Source: an uncultured bacterium (lineage in GTDB: Bacteria; Krumholzibacteriota; Krumholzibacteriia; LZORAL124-64-63). From it: DNA of 64,000 nt. A program made the translations under genes and the position numbers. The notes beneath the pieces are model-generated. The model was not told the origin of the DNA. It was given only the letters and a program-made list of their open reading frames with translations, and ran no database searches. This document shows, one piece after another, positions 19,843-29,981 of the stretch. The stretch spans positions 160,001-224,000 of the forward strand of contig CAVSGO010000008.1 of the NCBI GenBank assembly GCA_963727525.1, read 5' to 3'. The number at the start of each line of letters is the position of its first letter. The stretch's first letter is position 1.

Positions 19843-21209
19843 ATCCGAGCATCCTCGTCGTCGACGACGAGCACAACATCCGCCGCAGCTTCGAGATCAT
19901 CCTCGGCGGCGCCGGCTTCACGGTCCGCGGCGCGGCGAGCGGGGAGGAGGGGCTCGAGGCGATCGCGGCCACCGTGCCCGACGTGCTCTTCCTCGACCTC
20001 CAGCTGCCGGGACTCGACGGCCTGGAGGTGCTGCGCCGCGTGCGCGCCGGTCATCCCGACCTACCGGTCGTCATGATCTCGGGCCACGCCACGATCGAGC
20101 GCGCGGTGGAGGCCACGCGCCTGGGGGCGTTCGACTTCGTGGAGAAGCCCTTCGGCCGTGAGCGCATCCTCGTGCTCGCGCGCAACGCCGCCGAATCGAG
20201 CACGCTGCGGCGCGAGGTGGCACGCCTGCGCGACGAGAAGCACGGCGCGATCCTCGGCGAGAGCCCGGCAATCCGCGAGCTGCGCGAGACGGTGGCGCGC
20301 GTGGCGGCCACGGGCACGCGCGTGCTCATCCTCGGCGAGAGCGGCACCGGCAAGGAACTCGTGGCCCGGGCTCTGCATGATGGCAGCACACGGGCGCGCA
20401 AGCCTTACGTGCGCGTGAACTGTGCCGCCATTCCCGAGGAGCTGATCGAGGCCGAGCTATTCGGCGCCGTGAAGGGCGCCTACACCGGCGCCGTGGCCGC
20501 GCGCGAGGGCCGCTTCGCCGCGGCCGACGGCGGCACGCTCTTTCTCGACGAGATCGGCGACATGAGCCTGCGCGCCCAGGCCAAGGTGCTGCGTGTGCTG
20601 CAGGAGGGCGAGTACGAGCCGGTGGGCAGCATGCAGACGCGCAAGGTGGATGTGCGCGTGGTCGCCGCCACCCACCAGGACCTCGCCGTCAAGGTCCGCG
20701 ACGGCGCGTTCCGCGAGGATCTCATGTTCCGCCTCAACGTGATCCCGATCCTCATGCCGCCGCTGCGCGTGCGCGAGGGCGACGTCCGACTGCTCGGCGA
20801 GCACTTCCTCGCGCACTACGCCGCGCGCCACGAGCTCCCGGCGCCGTCCCTCACGGGCGCGGCCTGGCGTCTGCTCGAGGCCTATGGGTGGCCCGGCAAC
20901 ATCCGGGAGCTGAAGAACCTCGTCGAGCGTCTCGTGATCCTGGGGGGCGGCGGCGGGATCGGCCCGGACGGCCTGCCGCACGAGATGCGCGGTACGGAGG
21001 CGACGGCCCGCCCAGACTCGGGCGCGACCACGGTGGCCGCGTACGATCATCTGCCCCTGCGCGATGCCCGCGACGCCCTCGAGCGCGATCTCATCCGCGC
21101 CGCCCTCGAACGCCATGCCGGCAACGTGTCGCGCGCGGCCGCCGATCTCGGTCTCGAACGCACGCACCTGCACAAGCGCATCCGGGCCCTCGGTCTGCGC
21201 GACGATTGA
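19839..21209 (+). CDS. NtrX/NtrC-family sigma-54-type response regulator
   Basis: REC domain, GESGTGKE, GAYTGA, FLDEIGD, C-terminal Fis HTH. Confidence 0.93.
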   Translation: MNPSILVVDDEHNIRRSFEIILGGAGFTVRGAASGEEGLEAIAATVPDVLFLDLQLPGLDGLEVLRRVRAGHPDLPVVMISGHATIERAVEATRLGAFDFVEKPFGRERILVLARNAAESSTLRREVARLRDEKHGAILGESPAIRELRETVARVAATGTRVLILGESGTGKELVARALHDGSTRARKPYVRVNCAAIPEELIEAELFGAVKGAYTGAVAAREGRFAAADGGTLFLDEIGDMSLRAQAKVLRVLQEGEYEPVGSMQTRKVDVRVVAATHQDLAVKVRDGAFREDLMFRLNVIPILMPPLRVREGDVRLLGEHFLAHYAARHELPAPSLTGAAWRLLEAYGWPGNIRELKNLVERLVILGGGGGIGPDGLPHEMRGTEATARPDSGATTVAAYDHLPLRDARDALERDLIRAALERHAGNVSRAAADLGLERTHLHKRIRALGLRDD

Positions 21210-21222
21210 GAGAGGACACGCC

Positions 21223-21855
21223 ATGATGCTGCGCATGCTGGTCGTCGGGTTCGCGGTGGCGACCGGTGTCGTCGGTCATGCCGATGCCGGCGACGCCGCG
21301 ACACGATCCGGCGAGGACACGGGGATCTACGTGGGTATCGGGATCACGCGCGATTGGTTCGATGTCGATCTCGACGAGAGGGCAGCCGCGCGCGACGCGG
21401 GTATCACCTTCGATCACTGGGGCACCGGCATCGGACTCGTGGTCGGTTACGGCATCGGACCTCGCTTCCGCGCCGAGCTGTCCATGGAGGGCGTGCCACG
21501 CCAGGCGCATCCGGACGGAAGCGATGTCTCCGAGGGTATGATGCGTCTTTCGGCCATCGTACCATTCGTCACCCATGGCTGGTGGCGCCCCCATCTGATC
21601 GCCGGTCTCGGCGTCACGGGAGTGGCCTACAAGGGCCCCGGACTCGACGAACGGATCTACGTCATGCCGCAGGGTCATGTGGGCGTGGGCGGACGTCTCA
21701 AGCTGGATGGACATCGCTTCCTGCAAACCGACGTGCTCCTCACCATCCTCGACGTTGCGCGCGAGTACGAGACCGGCGCCGACGACGCGACGCGCTATGT
21801 CGGTGGCATGGGACGTTCTTACACGCTGCGCTTCGCCTTCGACTGGGATTTCTGA
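21223..21855 (+). CDS. Outer-membrane beta-barrel protein
   Basis: Signal peptide, amphipathic strands, C-terminal FDWDF. Confidence 0.7.
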   Translation: MMLRMLVVGFAVATGVVGHADAGDAATRSGEDTGIYVGIGITRDWFDVDLDERAAARDAGITFDHWGTGIGLVVGYGIGPRFRAELSMEGVPRQAHPDGSDVSEGMMRLSAIVPFVTHGWWRPHLIAGLGVTGVAYKGPGLDERIYVMPQGHVGVGGRLKLDGHRFLQTDVLLTILDVAREYETGADDATRYVGGMGRSYTLRFAFDWDF

Positions 21856-22093
21856 CGGACGGTCGCGATGCGGGATGTTTGCGACCCGCAAGGGTGACGG
21901 ATGCGGGGAACCCCGTGACGCCGAGCAGACTTCCGTATACTTGATTGCGCTTTTTCCTCTCCACAAGAGACCATATTTACACAACTTACGTAATAACCCT
22001 AATTGACTCGGCATTATTTTCGGTCACACTCAGCCAACGGTCCTCGACTCGCCCCTTATCGGACCGACCGCGTTGATCGCAAAGGAGGACTCC

Positions 22094-23539
22094 ATGACCA
22101 GCATGTCTCGCCCTCTGAGCCATTCACTCGCGATGACCCTCGCCATCGCGCTGTTCGCTTGCGCCGCGGTGTTCGCGGCATCCCCTACCCTCGCCGCCGA
22201 AATGCCCCCCGCGGACATCGCAGCCATGAGCCAGTCCGGCAGCGTCACGCCGCCGGTGGCCGTGGGCACCGCGTTCACCTACCAGGGCCGCCTGCTCATC
22301 TCGGGCGCGCCGGCCAATGGGCCCTATGATCTGCAGTTCCGCGTGATGGACGCCGCCGCCGGCGGTGGGCAACTTGGTTCCACCGTCGTCGTCGACAATG
22401 CTGCCGTCTCCGACGGCCGCTTCACGGTGCAGCTCAACGTGGGCCTCAACGTGTTCGGCGGCGGCGCACGCTGGCTCGAGATCAGCGTGCGACCGGGCGC
22501 CGGCGGCGCTTACACGCTGCTGTCGCCGCGCCAGGAACTGAAGCCGGCGCCCTACGCGCTGGCCATGCCCAACGTCTACACGACCGAGACGACCGGGTTC
22601 GTCGGCGTCGGCCGCTCGTTCCAGATTTCATCCGCCGAGTACTTCGGTGTTCATGCCCCCGTCGGTTCTGACCAGTACGGCGGCATGTATGTGAATTCCG
22701 AGAGTGCCGGCGGCTGGCCGTTCTATGGCTTCGCCACCGCAGGGACATTCCGTGCGTGGACCTACTTCGACGGCAACACCAGCATGTGGAAGCTCTACAA
22801 CGGCGGTGATCGCCTGATCGTGCCGGCCGGTGGAGGCCTCGAGATCACCAGCACGTCGACGACGGACGGGATCCGGATCAATGATACGCCCGACGACGGC
22901 GTCCAGATCGGCACGGGCTCGGTCGCGCCGAACTACGGTGTCTACATCCCCAGCCCGGGCGTGGCAACTATTTGCCTGCTCGTCTACACGGCGGATGCGA
23001 GTAATAATTACGCGCTCTATACTTCCGACAATATCGAGGCCGGCACGGTGACGCTCACCGCGCAAAAGGTCATTGTCCGTGTCGGGGATGGGGGCTCGGT
23101 GTCACGCGGTGATGTGGTCATGGCGTCCGGTTTCGACGACCCGATCGACGGGGGATCCGATCGCCTGGCCGTGGTGCAGCGCGCCGCTGGCGGCGTGGGC
23201 GGTGTGATCGGCGTCGTCGCCAGCCGCCTCGAGTGGCAGACCGCGCCCGGCAAGGAGGACGACGGCGTCCAGGTGCTCACGCCCGTCGACGGCCCGGCCC
23301 AGGCCGGCGATTACGTCGCCATGGTGACGCAGGGCGTGGCCGACGTGCACGTGCAGCGCGGCGCGTCCATCAGCAAGGGCACGCGGCTGACGGCGGGCGA
23401 TGCCGATGGTGCGGTGCGCCCCCTGCGCGTGGAATCGCTCAACGGCATGCCCGTGAGCGAGGGCGCGCCCGTGGTGGGCGTGGCTCTGGCCGACGCGAAC
23501 GGCCGCGACACGGTGCCGGTCTTCGTCAACATCCACTGA
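22094..23539 (+). CDS. Secreted 'FTYQGRL' protein, paralog 1 (function unknown)
   Basis: RBS AGGAGG; signal peptide; FTYQGRL...PRQ...PAPYA N-terminal domain; VIGVVA C-terminal domain. Confidence 0.75.
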   Translation: MTSMSRPLSHSLAMTLAIALFACAAVFAASPTLAAEMPPADIAAMSQSGSVTPPVAVGTAFTYQGRLLISGAPANGPYDLQFRVMDAAAGGGQLGSTVVVDNAAVSDGRFTVQLNVGLNVFGGGARWLEISVRPGAGGAYTLLSPRQELKPAPYALAMPNVYTTETTGFVGVGRSFQISSAEYFGVHAPVGSDQYGGMYVNSESAGGWPFYGFATAGTFRAWTYFDGNTSMWKLYNGGDRLIVPAGGGLEITSTSTTDGIRINDTPDDGVQIGTGSVAPNYGVYIPSPGVATICLLVYTADASNNYALYTSDNIEAGTVTLTAQKVIVRVGDGGSVSRGDVVMASGFDDPIDGGSDRLAVVQRAAGGVGGVIGVVASRLEWQTAPGKEDDGVQVLTPVDGPAQAGDYVAMVTQGVADVHVQRGASISKGTRLTAGDADGAVRPLRVESLNGMPVSEGAPVVGVALADANGRDTVPVFVNIH

Positions 23540-23553
23540 GAGGAGGTGTGACC

Positions 23554-24108
23554 ATGAAGAGCATCCTGCTCGCACTGCTCGTGCTGGCGCTGGGCGCATC
23601 CGTCGCGCAGGCCCAGTCCGGCGGTCCTTACGATCTGAGCTGGTCCACCATCGATGGCGGCGGCGGTACGTCCAGCGGTGGTGTCTACTCGCTGAGCGGC
23701 ACCGCCGGCCAGCCCGACGCGGGCGTGCATACGGGCGGCGCCTATGCGTTGCAGGGCGGGTTCTGGTACAGCGGCCTGCTCGCCACCGGCGTGGGCGACG
23801 AGCCGCTGCCCGACGAGACCATGCTGCCGCTCGTGTATCGCCTGTACGACGCGGCGCCCAACCCGTTCAACCCGCGCACGCAGATCGCCTTCGATCTGCC
23901 GCGCACGGGCACGGTACGGCTGTGCGTGTATGACCTGCGCGGCATGCTCGTGCGCACGCTGGAGTCGGGCACGCTGCCGGCCGGACACCACGTCCGCACG
24001 TGGGACGGTGTTGACGACGGCGGGGCCACGGTGGCCAGCGGCACCTACATCATGACCATCGACGCGGGTGACTATCACGCGCGCAAGAAGGGTGTGTTGC
24101 TGAAGTAG
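23554..24108 (+). CDS. Small secreted protein: 'YDLSWSTIDGGG' domain plus FlgD-Ig domain
   Basis: RBS AGGAGG; signal peptide; Gly-rich domain ending GGFW; PNPFNP C-terminal domain. Confidence 0.8.
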   Translation: MKSILLALLVLALGASVAQAQSGGPYDLSWSTIDGGGGTSSGGVYSLSGTAGQPDAGVHTGGAYALQGGFWYSGLLATGVGDEPLPDETMLPLVYRLYDAAPNPFNPRTQIAFDLPRTGTVRLCVYDLRGMLVRTLESGTLPAGHHVRTWDGVDDGGATVASGTYIMTIDAGDYHARKKGVLLK

Positions 24109-24138
24109 CACGTCCGCATCGCAGCGATCCAGACCCAC

Positions 24139-24179
24139 GAACCTGGCGGCGCCGGGTGCCTTCCGACGCCGCCAGGTTC
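24139..24179 (+). terminator. Rho-independent terminator
   Basis: 13-bp perfect stem GAACCTGGCGGCG/CGCCGCCAGGTTC followed by TCTTT. Confidence 0.65.
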
Positions 24180-24222
24180 TCTTTCCTCGGCCATACCCAG
24201 GCCATGAACCTGGAGGAATTTC

Positions 24223-25632
24223 ATGTTCGCCCCCGAATTCAGACCTCACCCTCGCGCATTCGCGATCGCCGTGACGGTAGGCGCGATCGCAATGCTCGCA
24301 TCCCTGCCCGCGCTCGGCGGCGACATGATGCCCGTCGGTACCTCGGCGATGAGCCAGTCCGGCAGCGTCACACCGCCTGTGGCCATCGGTAGCGGGTTCA
24401 CCTACCAGGGCCGATTGCTCCTCTCGGGATCGCCGGCCGACGGGCCGTACGACGTGCAGTTCAAGCTGATGGACGCCGCTGCCGGTGGCTCGCAGTTCGG
24501 ATCCACGATCACCTTCGACAACGTGGCCGTGGCCGATGGCCGGTTCACGGTGCAGCTCGACTTTGGCACCAACGCTTTCTTCGGCGGCGGACGCTGGCTC
24601 GCCATCAGTGTGCGTCCGGGCGCGGGTGGTTCGTACACGGCGCTGACGCCGCGGCAGAAGCTCACACCGGCGCCGTACGCGATGGCCATGCCCAACGTCT
24701 ACACGAACGAGCCGAGCGGGTTCGTCGGAATCGGACGCTCGAGCCGGGTCTCTCTGAACGAGTTCTTCGGCGTGCAAGCGCCCTCGGGCGCCAGTTCCTA
24801 TGGCGGCATGTACGTCAACACGGAGTCCGCCGATGGCTGGCCGTTCTACGGCTACGCCTCGGGCGGAACGTACCACGCCTGGACCTATTACAATCCCGCG
24901 ACATCCGAGTGGCGTCTCGACAACGGGGGCACCCGCCTCATCGTCCGGGAGGGCGGCGGGCTCGAGATCGCGAATACGAGCTCGGGCGACGCCATCACCA
25001 TCAACCATACGGCGGATGACGGTGTGCAGATGGGCGACGGGACGAATTACCCGGATTACGGGATCTGGATCCCGGGGCCGGGAACCACGAATTTCTGCTT
25101 CCTGGTGTCCACGGCCGATCCGTCGAACAACTACGCTCTGTACACTCCGGACAACATCCACGCCGGCAACGTGACGTTCACCTCCGAGAAGGTGATCGCC
25201 AGGGTGGACAACGGGGCACCGCTTTCACCCGGAGACGTGGTCGTCGCTGCCGGAGTCGATACGCCCCTCGACGGCGGCGACCGGATCGTGCTGGTTCAGC
25301 GCGCCGGCCGCAGCGGCGGCGTCATCGGCGTGGTCGCCAGTCGCCTGGCGTGGCGCAAGCCGCCCGGTAAGGGCGACGCGGACGAGATGGTCCTCATGCC
25401 CGTGGACGGGACGGCCCATGCGGGAGACTACGTCACCCTCGTGACCCAGGGCGTCACCGACGTGCGCGTACCGCACGACGCCACGATCACGAAGGGCATC
25501 CGGGTGACCGCGCGTAGTGCTGACGGCGGCGTGCGGGCCCTCCAGGATGCGGAGACGGGGCCAGCGTTGGGCGTGGCGCTGGCCGACGCCCACGGGGGCG
25601 ACACGGTACCCGTCTTCGTGAGCCTGCACTGA
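24223..25632 (+). CDS. Secreted 'FTYQGRL' protein, paralog 2
   Basis: Colinear and highly similar to 22094..23539; RBS GGAGG. Confidence 0.75.
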   Translation: MFAPEFRPHPRAFAIAVTVGAIAMLASLPALGGDMMPVGTSAMSQSGSVTPPVAIGSGFTYQGRLLLSGSPADGPYDVQFKLMDAAAGGSQFGSTITFDNVAVADGRFTVQLDFGTNAFFGGGRWLAISVRPGAGGSYTALTPRQKLTPAPYAMAMPNVYTNEPSGFVGIGRSSRVSLNEFFGVQAPSGASSYGGMYVNTESADGWPFYGYASGGTYHAWTYYNPATSEWRLDNGGTRLIVREGGGLEIANTSSGDAITINHTADDGVQMGDGTNYPDYGIWIPGPGTTNFCFLVSTADPSNNYALYTPDNIHAGNVTFTSEKVIARVDNGAPLSPGDVVVAAGVDTPLDGGDRIVLVQRAGRSGGVIGVVASRLAWRKPPGKGDADEMVLMPVDGTAHAGDYVTLVTQGVTDVRVPHDATITKGIRVTARSADGGVRALQDAETGPALGVALADAHGGDTVPVFVSLH

Positions 25633-25638
25633 GAGCGC

Positions 25639-25675
25639 CCACGATGGCGCCGGCACCGCGCCGGCGCCATCGTGG
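25639..25675. terminator. Hairpin between convergent genes
   Basis: 16-bp perfect stem CCACGATGGCGCCGGC/GCCGGCGCCATCGTGG. Confidence 0.6.
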
Positions 25676-25678
25676 CCA

Positions 25679-26860
25679 TCAAAACGAGTAGGTGAGGCGA
25701 GCGATCGCGATCTCGCCGTCGTCGCCGAACTCGGTACCCGGCTCCCCACCGAAGATCAGTCCCATGGCCGTTCCCTCGAGATTCGCCGCGATCGACCAGG
25801 TCACCGCGGGGCCCAGGTACCACGAACCGTCATCCGGATTGACGATGCCGACGAGGTCGGCATGCACCAGCGGGCTCAGGTTGTGGGCCGCCTCCGCGAG
25901 GAGGGACAGGCGCGCGGGACTCGGCCACTGCCGGGCGTACGCGGCGAGGAGCCGGAGGCCGCCGGCGGGCCCGGTGGTGCCGGCCGTGTTCAGCAGGATC
26001 GCGCCGTGCAGGTAGAGGGAGCTGCGGAACGTGTAGTCGCCATCGAGAGTCCCGAGAACGTAGGTCTCGTCGCCACCGACTGCCCCGATCTCGCTTCCCT
26101 GGCGCGGCATCGCCACGAGCATCTCGCCGCGGAAGCCGCCGCCACCGATGCTGCCGGCCCAGGCGGCCCCCAGCACGGTCTCCGGACCGCGCCGACCGCC
26201 GATCACGATCCAGTCGTACTGCCACCGGCTGAGGCGCAGTTCGACCGCGCCGGTCGCCGCGTCGGCATGGCGGGATGGAGCCACGGCCACGTCGACCTTG
26301 GAACGCGGCCCGAGATAGATCTGGGCACGGGCCGCATCGGTGCCCGGCTTCTCGATGTTGTCGAAGTCGAGCGGACTCGCCGGGTTGAAGATGTCGATGG
26401 GATTCCACGCGAGGGCGGTGCCCCAGGCCACGCGCTGGCGCCCGAGAGTGGCCTGAACGGGCCCGGCGTTCGCGATCGCCCAGGCGCGGTCGACGGCGCC
26501 GATAAGGACGATGCGGTCGTGGTCGATGATGCGATGCGTGCCATCGAAATAGGTGCGGTTGCTGCCGAGTCGATCGCTCTGTGCAAGCAGGCTCGCGATG
26601 CCATCACCCACGAACAGCCGCGTCTTCACGTCCAGGCCGGCGGTGATGGCGCTACTGGCGTACCAGCGGAGATTCTCGCGCGTGTGGACCAGGTTCGTGA
26701 ACGCCTCCGAGGTCGGCGCGGTGGTGAGCGCGGGCGGCTGCCACCAGAGGGGCGACTCCCGCACGTATCCGCTCAGGGCGACGTCGTCACGCCATCCGGC
26801 GTGGGCGCTGCCGACGAGGACGGCCGCCAGTACCGCGACCGCACACGCGGCCCTACGCAT
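25679..26860 (-). CDS. Putative outer-membrane beta-barrel associated with the ABC cluster
   Basis: Signal peptide, GRQRVAWG...NP.D.F motif, C-terminal YSF. Confidence 0.7.
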   Translation of the reverse strand: MRRAACAVAVLAAVLVGSAHAGWRDDVALSGYVRESPLWWQPPALTTAPTSEAFTNLVHTRENLRWYASSAITAGLDVKTRLFVGDGIASLLAQSDRLGSNRTYFDGTHRIIDHDRIVLIGAVDRAWAIANAGPVQATLGRQRVAWGTALAWNPIDIFNPASPLDFDNIEKPGTDAARAQIYLGPRSKVDVAVAPSRHADAATGAVELRLSRWQYDWIVIGGRRGPETVLGAAWAGSIGGGGFRGEMLVAMPRQGSEIGAVGGDETYVLGTLDGDYTFRSSLYLHGAILLNTAGTTGPAGGLRLLAAYARQWPSPARLSLLAEAAHNLSPLVHADLVGIVNPDDGSWYLGPAVTWSIAANLEGTAMGLIFGGEPGTEFGDDGEIAIARLTYSF

Positions 26861-27536
26861 CGGCGTCCGGGACAACGCGCCCGTCGCGCAGCGTGACGAC
26901 CCGCCGGGCGCGCCGCATCACGCGGGGATCGTGCGTGGAGAAGACGAAGGTCATGTCGTGGTCCCGGTTGAGCCGCTCCATGATGTCGAGCAGCGATTCC
27001 GCGGATGCCGTGTCCAGATTCGCCGTGGGTTCGTCCGCCAGCACGAACGCCGGCGTGGACGCGAGGGCCCGCGCCACCGCGACGCGTTGCTGCTGCCCTC
27101 CCGACAGCTCGTGGGGACGCCGGTCCATCTGTGCCTCGAGCCCGACGGCGGCGAGCAATTCCTCGGCACGGGCGCGTCGCTCCCGTGTCGGCACGTGCTG
27201 CAGCAGCATGATGAACTCCACGTTCTCCCTGGCCGTGAACACGGGGATCAGATTGTAAGCCTGGAAGACGAAGCCGATATGGTGCAGTCGGAAGGCGACG
27301 AGATCCCCGGACGCCTTGCCACCGATGTCCTCGCCGGCGATCGTCACGCGCCCGGCGGTCGGGGAGTCGAGTCCGCCGATCAGGTTCAGGAGCGTCGTCT
27401 TCCCCGATCCCGACGGCCCGACGATGGCCGTGAACTCCGCCTTCGCGATGCTCAGTGTCACATCGTCGACGGCCGTGACGGGCACACCGTGGTCCCGGTA
27501 GGTTCGAGTCAGGTTCTCGGTCTGGATCACGACCAT
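26853..27536 (-). CDS. ABC transporter ATP-binding protein (LolD-like)
   Basis: GPSGSGKT, LSGGQQQRV, ADEPT, STH. Confidence 0.95.
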   Translation of the reverse strand: MVVIQTENLTRTYRDHGVPVTAVDDVTLSIAKAEFTAIVGPSGSGKTTLLNLIGGLDSPTAGRVTIAGEDIGGKASGDLVAFRLHHIGFVFQAYNLIPVFTARENVEFIMLLQHVPTRERRARAEELLAAVGLEAQMDRRPHELSGGQQQRVAVARALASTPAFVLADEPTANLDTASAESLLDIMERLNRDHDMTFVFSTHDPRVMRRARRVVTLRDGRVVPDADA

Positions 27537-27552
27537 GACATTCGCCTTCGCT

Positions 27553-28767
27553 TCACGGGTTACGAATGGCCTGTGCCGGCACGATGCGAATGGCCTTCAG
27601 GCCCGGGTAGATCGCAGCGAGGATCGCCGTGACCACGATGAGCGCGACCACGAGGGGGTACTCGGTTGGCGCCAGGCGCGGATAGATCCGGGAACTCAGG
27701 CCGAATGCCGCCAGCCCCTGGCTGAACAGGGAGAGGTCGAGCCCGGTGCGGCCGAGCCACGCGATGGTGAGGGCTCCGAGACCGCTGCCGACAATGCCAC
27801 CCGCTATCGAGAGGATGATCGTCTCCAGCACGATCATGACGAAGAGGGGACCGTGCCGCATGCCGAGGGCACGGATCACACCGAATTCATGCCGGCGCTC
27901 GATCACGGCCATGAGCATGGTGTTGGTCATGCCGAACACCAGAGCGGCCAGGATGATGGCCATGAAGATGTGGTTCATCTGCCCCGTGGAATCCTGGGTG
28001 AGGGCGATCTCGGGCGCCAGCTCGCGCCAGGTCGCGACGTCCAGCTGTGGGTACCGCGTGCGCAGGTCGCTCGCGACGTGGTCGAGATCGCCATCGTCCG
28101 CGACGACGATGGCGATCTCGTGCACGCCGCCTCCGAGGCCGAAGGCGCGGCCGACATCGGGACGTCGGGCGAACACGGTCGTCTCGTCGAAGACCGAGTT
28201 CGCGGTCACGAACTCGCCCACGATACGAAAAGCCGCCGAACCGATCGAGCCATCCGCCGCCTGGCCAGTCACCACGATCTTGTTGTGCAGCGTCACGCCG
28301 AGCTTCTTGGCCAGTGCCTTGCCGATGACGCACGGATTGCGCGTCTCGTCCCCGAAATAGCGTCCGGCGACGAGATGTCGGGACAGGTCCGTGACCGCGC
28401 GTTCCGCGGTGGGATCGATACCTTCGAGCGACACGCCGCGCGCCGTCGTGGCCGACGCCACCATGCCGGTGACGATGGCGCGATCGCAGGCGCTCTTCAC
28501 CGCGGGGAGCGCACGGGCCACGGCGAGCACGGCATCGCCGTGCGGGATGACATCGGCGACGTCGTGGTGCTCGCGAAAGCCCGCCGCGTGGATCTGCAGA
28601 TCGCTCGTGCGGGTCGCGATGGCCGCGGCGACCTGCTGCGCCGCCATGCCGTTCATCAGACCGACGACGAGTTCGCCCGACCAGATCGCGAAGGCGATCG
28701 TGGCGATGAGGATGCCGCTTCGCTTACCGTTGCGCCAGACGTTGCGCCAGGCCAGTGTTGCGATCAT
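27553..28767 (-). CDS. ABC permease, MacB/FtsX (LolC/E-like)
   Basis: LAWRNVWRN, ERRHEFG..RALG. Confidence 0.92.
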   Translation of the reverse strand: MIATLAWRNVWRNGKRSGILIATIAFAIWSGELVVGLMNGMAAQQVAAAIATRTSDLQIHAAGFREHHDVADVIPHGDAVLAVARALPAVKSACDRAIVTGMVASATTARGVSLEGIDPTAERAVTDLSRHLVAGRYFGDETRNPCVIGKALAKKLGVTLHNKIVVTGQAADGSIGSAAFRIVGEFVTANSVFDETTVFARRPDVGRAFGLGGGVHEIAIVVADDGDLDHVASDLRTRYPQLDVATWRELAPEIALTQDSTGQMNHIFMAIILAALVFGMTNTMLMAVIERRHEFGVIRALGMRHGPLFVMIVLETIILSIAGGIVGSGLGALTIAWLGRTGLDLSLFSQGLAAFGLSSRIYPRLAPTEYPLVVALIVVTAILAAIYPGLKAIRIVPAQAIRNP

Positions 28768-29981
28768 CGCCTGGCCTCCACGACGTTCAGCCGCGACACG
28801 CGCACCAGCGGATACGCCGCCGTCGCGAGTGCGATGGCCAGGACCGTCACCGTCTGCCAGATGAAGATGGCCGGGTCGAGGGAGAACGGGAAGATGGGTT
28901 CGAATCCGTAGTTGAGCAGGGCCGTGGCCGCCTGTCCCGTCATGTGCAGCGGGTGGTGGTGAAAATAGACAAGCAGGGGAATGCTGATCAGCATGCCGGA
29001 CATGGCGCCCGCGAAAGAGAGCAGGACGCTCTCGAGCACGACCATCAGGCTTAGCCGCCCACGGCTCATCCCGACGGCGAGCAGCATGCCGAACTCCCGC
29101 GTTCGCTCCACCGTCATCATGAGCACCGTGCCGAGCAGGCCGAAGCCGACGATCGTGTAGACGAGCAGCAGCATCACCTCGCCGCTGGCGTTGTCCAGAT
29201 CTATGTACTGCACCATGTCCGGGAGCATGGTCTCCCAGGTGACGACCTCAAACGCCGACCCGAGACCGCCCTGCAACCGGCTCGCAACGGCCGTCAGGGC
29301 GCGCGGGCCGGAGAGCATCACCACGAGCGAGGTCGCGCGATCCGCCGCCCCGAAGAGCCACTGCGCCCGTGGCAGCGCGATGTATGCGATGCCGGCGTTC
29401 AGCTCGGGCGTGGGGAAGTGCAGGGTGCCGGCGATGGGGAAACGCCCCGCCGCGGTGATGCCGTGGTAGCCCGATCCGAGCACGACCACCGTGTCGCCCA
29501 CTGCGAGACCCAGATGCGTCGCCAGGCCTTCGGCGAGCAGAATGCCGTCATCGTCGGGTGTGAGGTAGCGCCCGGCGACGATCTTGTCCTTCAGGCTCGT
29601 GAGGCGATTCTCCCGCGCCGGATCGATCCCCACGATCTGTGTGGCATCCGTCGTCGCGCCGGACGACAGGAGTGCGAACGCCTCGAGTCGCGGCGCGCTG
29701 AACGTGACGCCCGGTACGATCTCGACAACACCGGACAGCGAATCTGGATGCACGAAACTCAGGTCGAGGCTCTGCTTGTCCTGATAGCCGGTCGCGTGGA
29801 TCTGCAGGTAACCTGTGTAGACCGACACGACGTTGGCGATGGCGCGAGCATAGAAGCCGAGTTGCAGCGAGCGCATCGACACGGCCGTGATCACGGCGAA
29901 GACGACAGCTGCTATCGAGATGACGCTGCGCCGACGATTACGCCACAGGTTGCGCCAGGCGAGCCGCAGGTACAGCCGCAT
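28764..29981 (-). CDS. ABC permease, MacB/FtsX (LolC/E-like)
   Basis: LAWRNLWRN, ERTREFG..LAVG. Confidence 0.92.
   Translation of the reverse strand: MRLYLRLAWRNLWRNRRRSVISIAAVVFAVITAVSMRSLQLGFYARAIANVVSVYTGYLQIHATGYQDKQSLDLSFVHPDSLSGVVEIVPGVTFSAPRLEAFALLSSGATTDATQIVGIDPARENRLTSLKDKIVAGRYLTPDDDGILLAEGLATHLGLAVGDTVVVLGSGYHGITAAGRFPIAGTLHFPTPELNAGIAYIALPRAQWLFGAADRATSLVVMLSGPRALTAVASRLQGGLGSAFEVVTWETMLPDMVQYIDLDNASGEVMLLLVYTIVGFGLLGTVLMMTVERTREFGMLLAVGMSRGRLSLMVVLESVLLSFAGAMSGMLISIPLLVYFHHHPLHMTGQAATALLNYGFEPIFPFSLDPAIFIWQTVTVLAIALATAAYPLVRVSRLNVVEARR

Noticed and set aside
21856-22090. Possible riboswitch upstream of the FTYQGRL gene
   Set aside because: Small hairpins (CCCGCAAGGG) and an AT-rich promoter-like stretch, but no recognisable riboswitch consensus.
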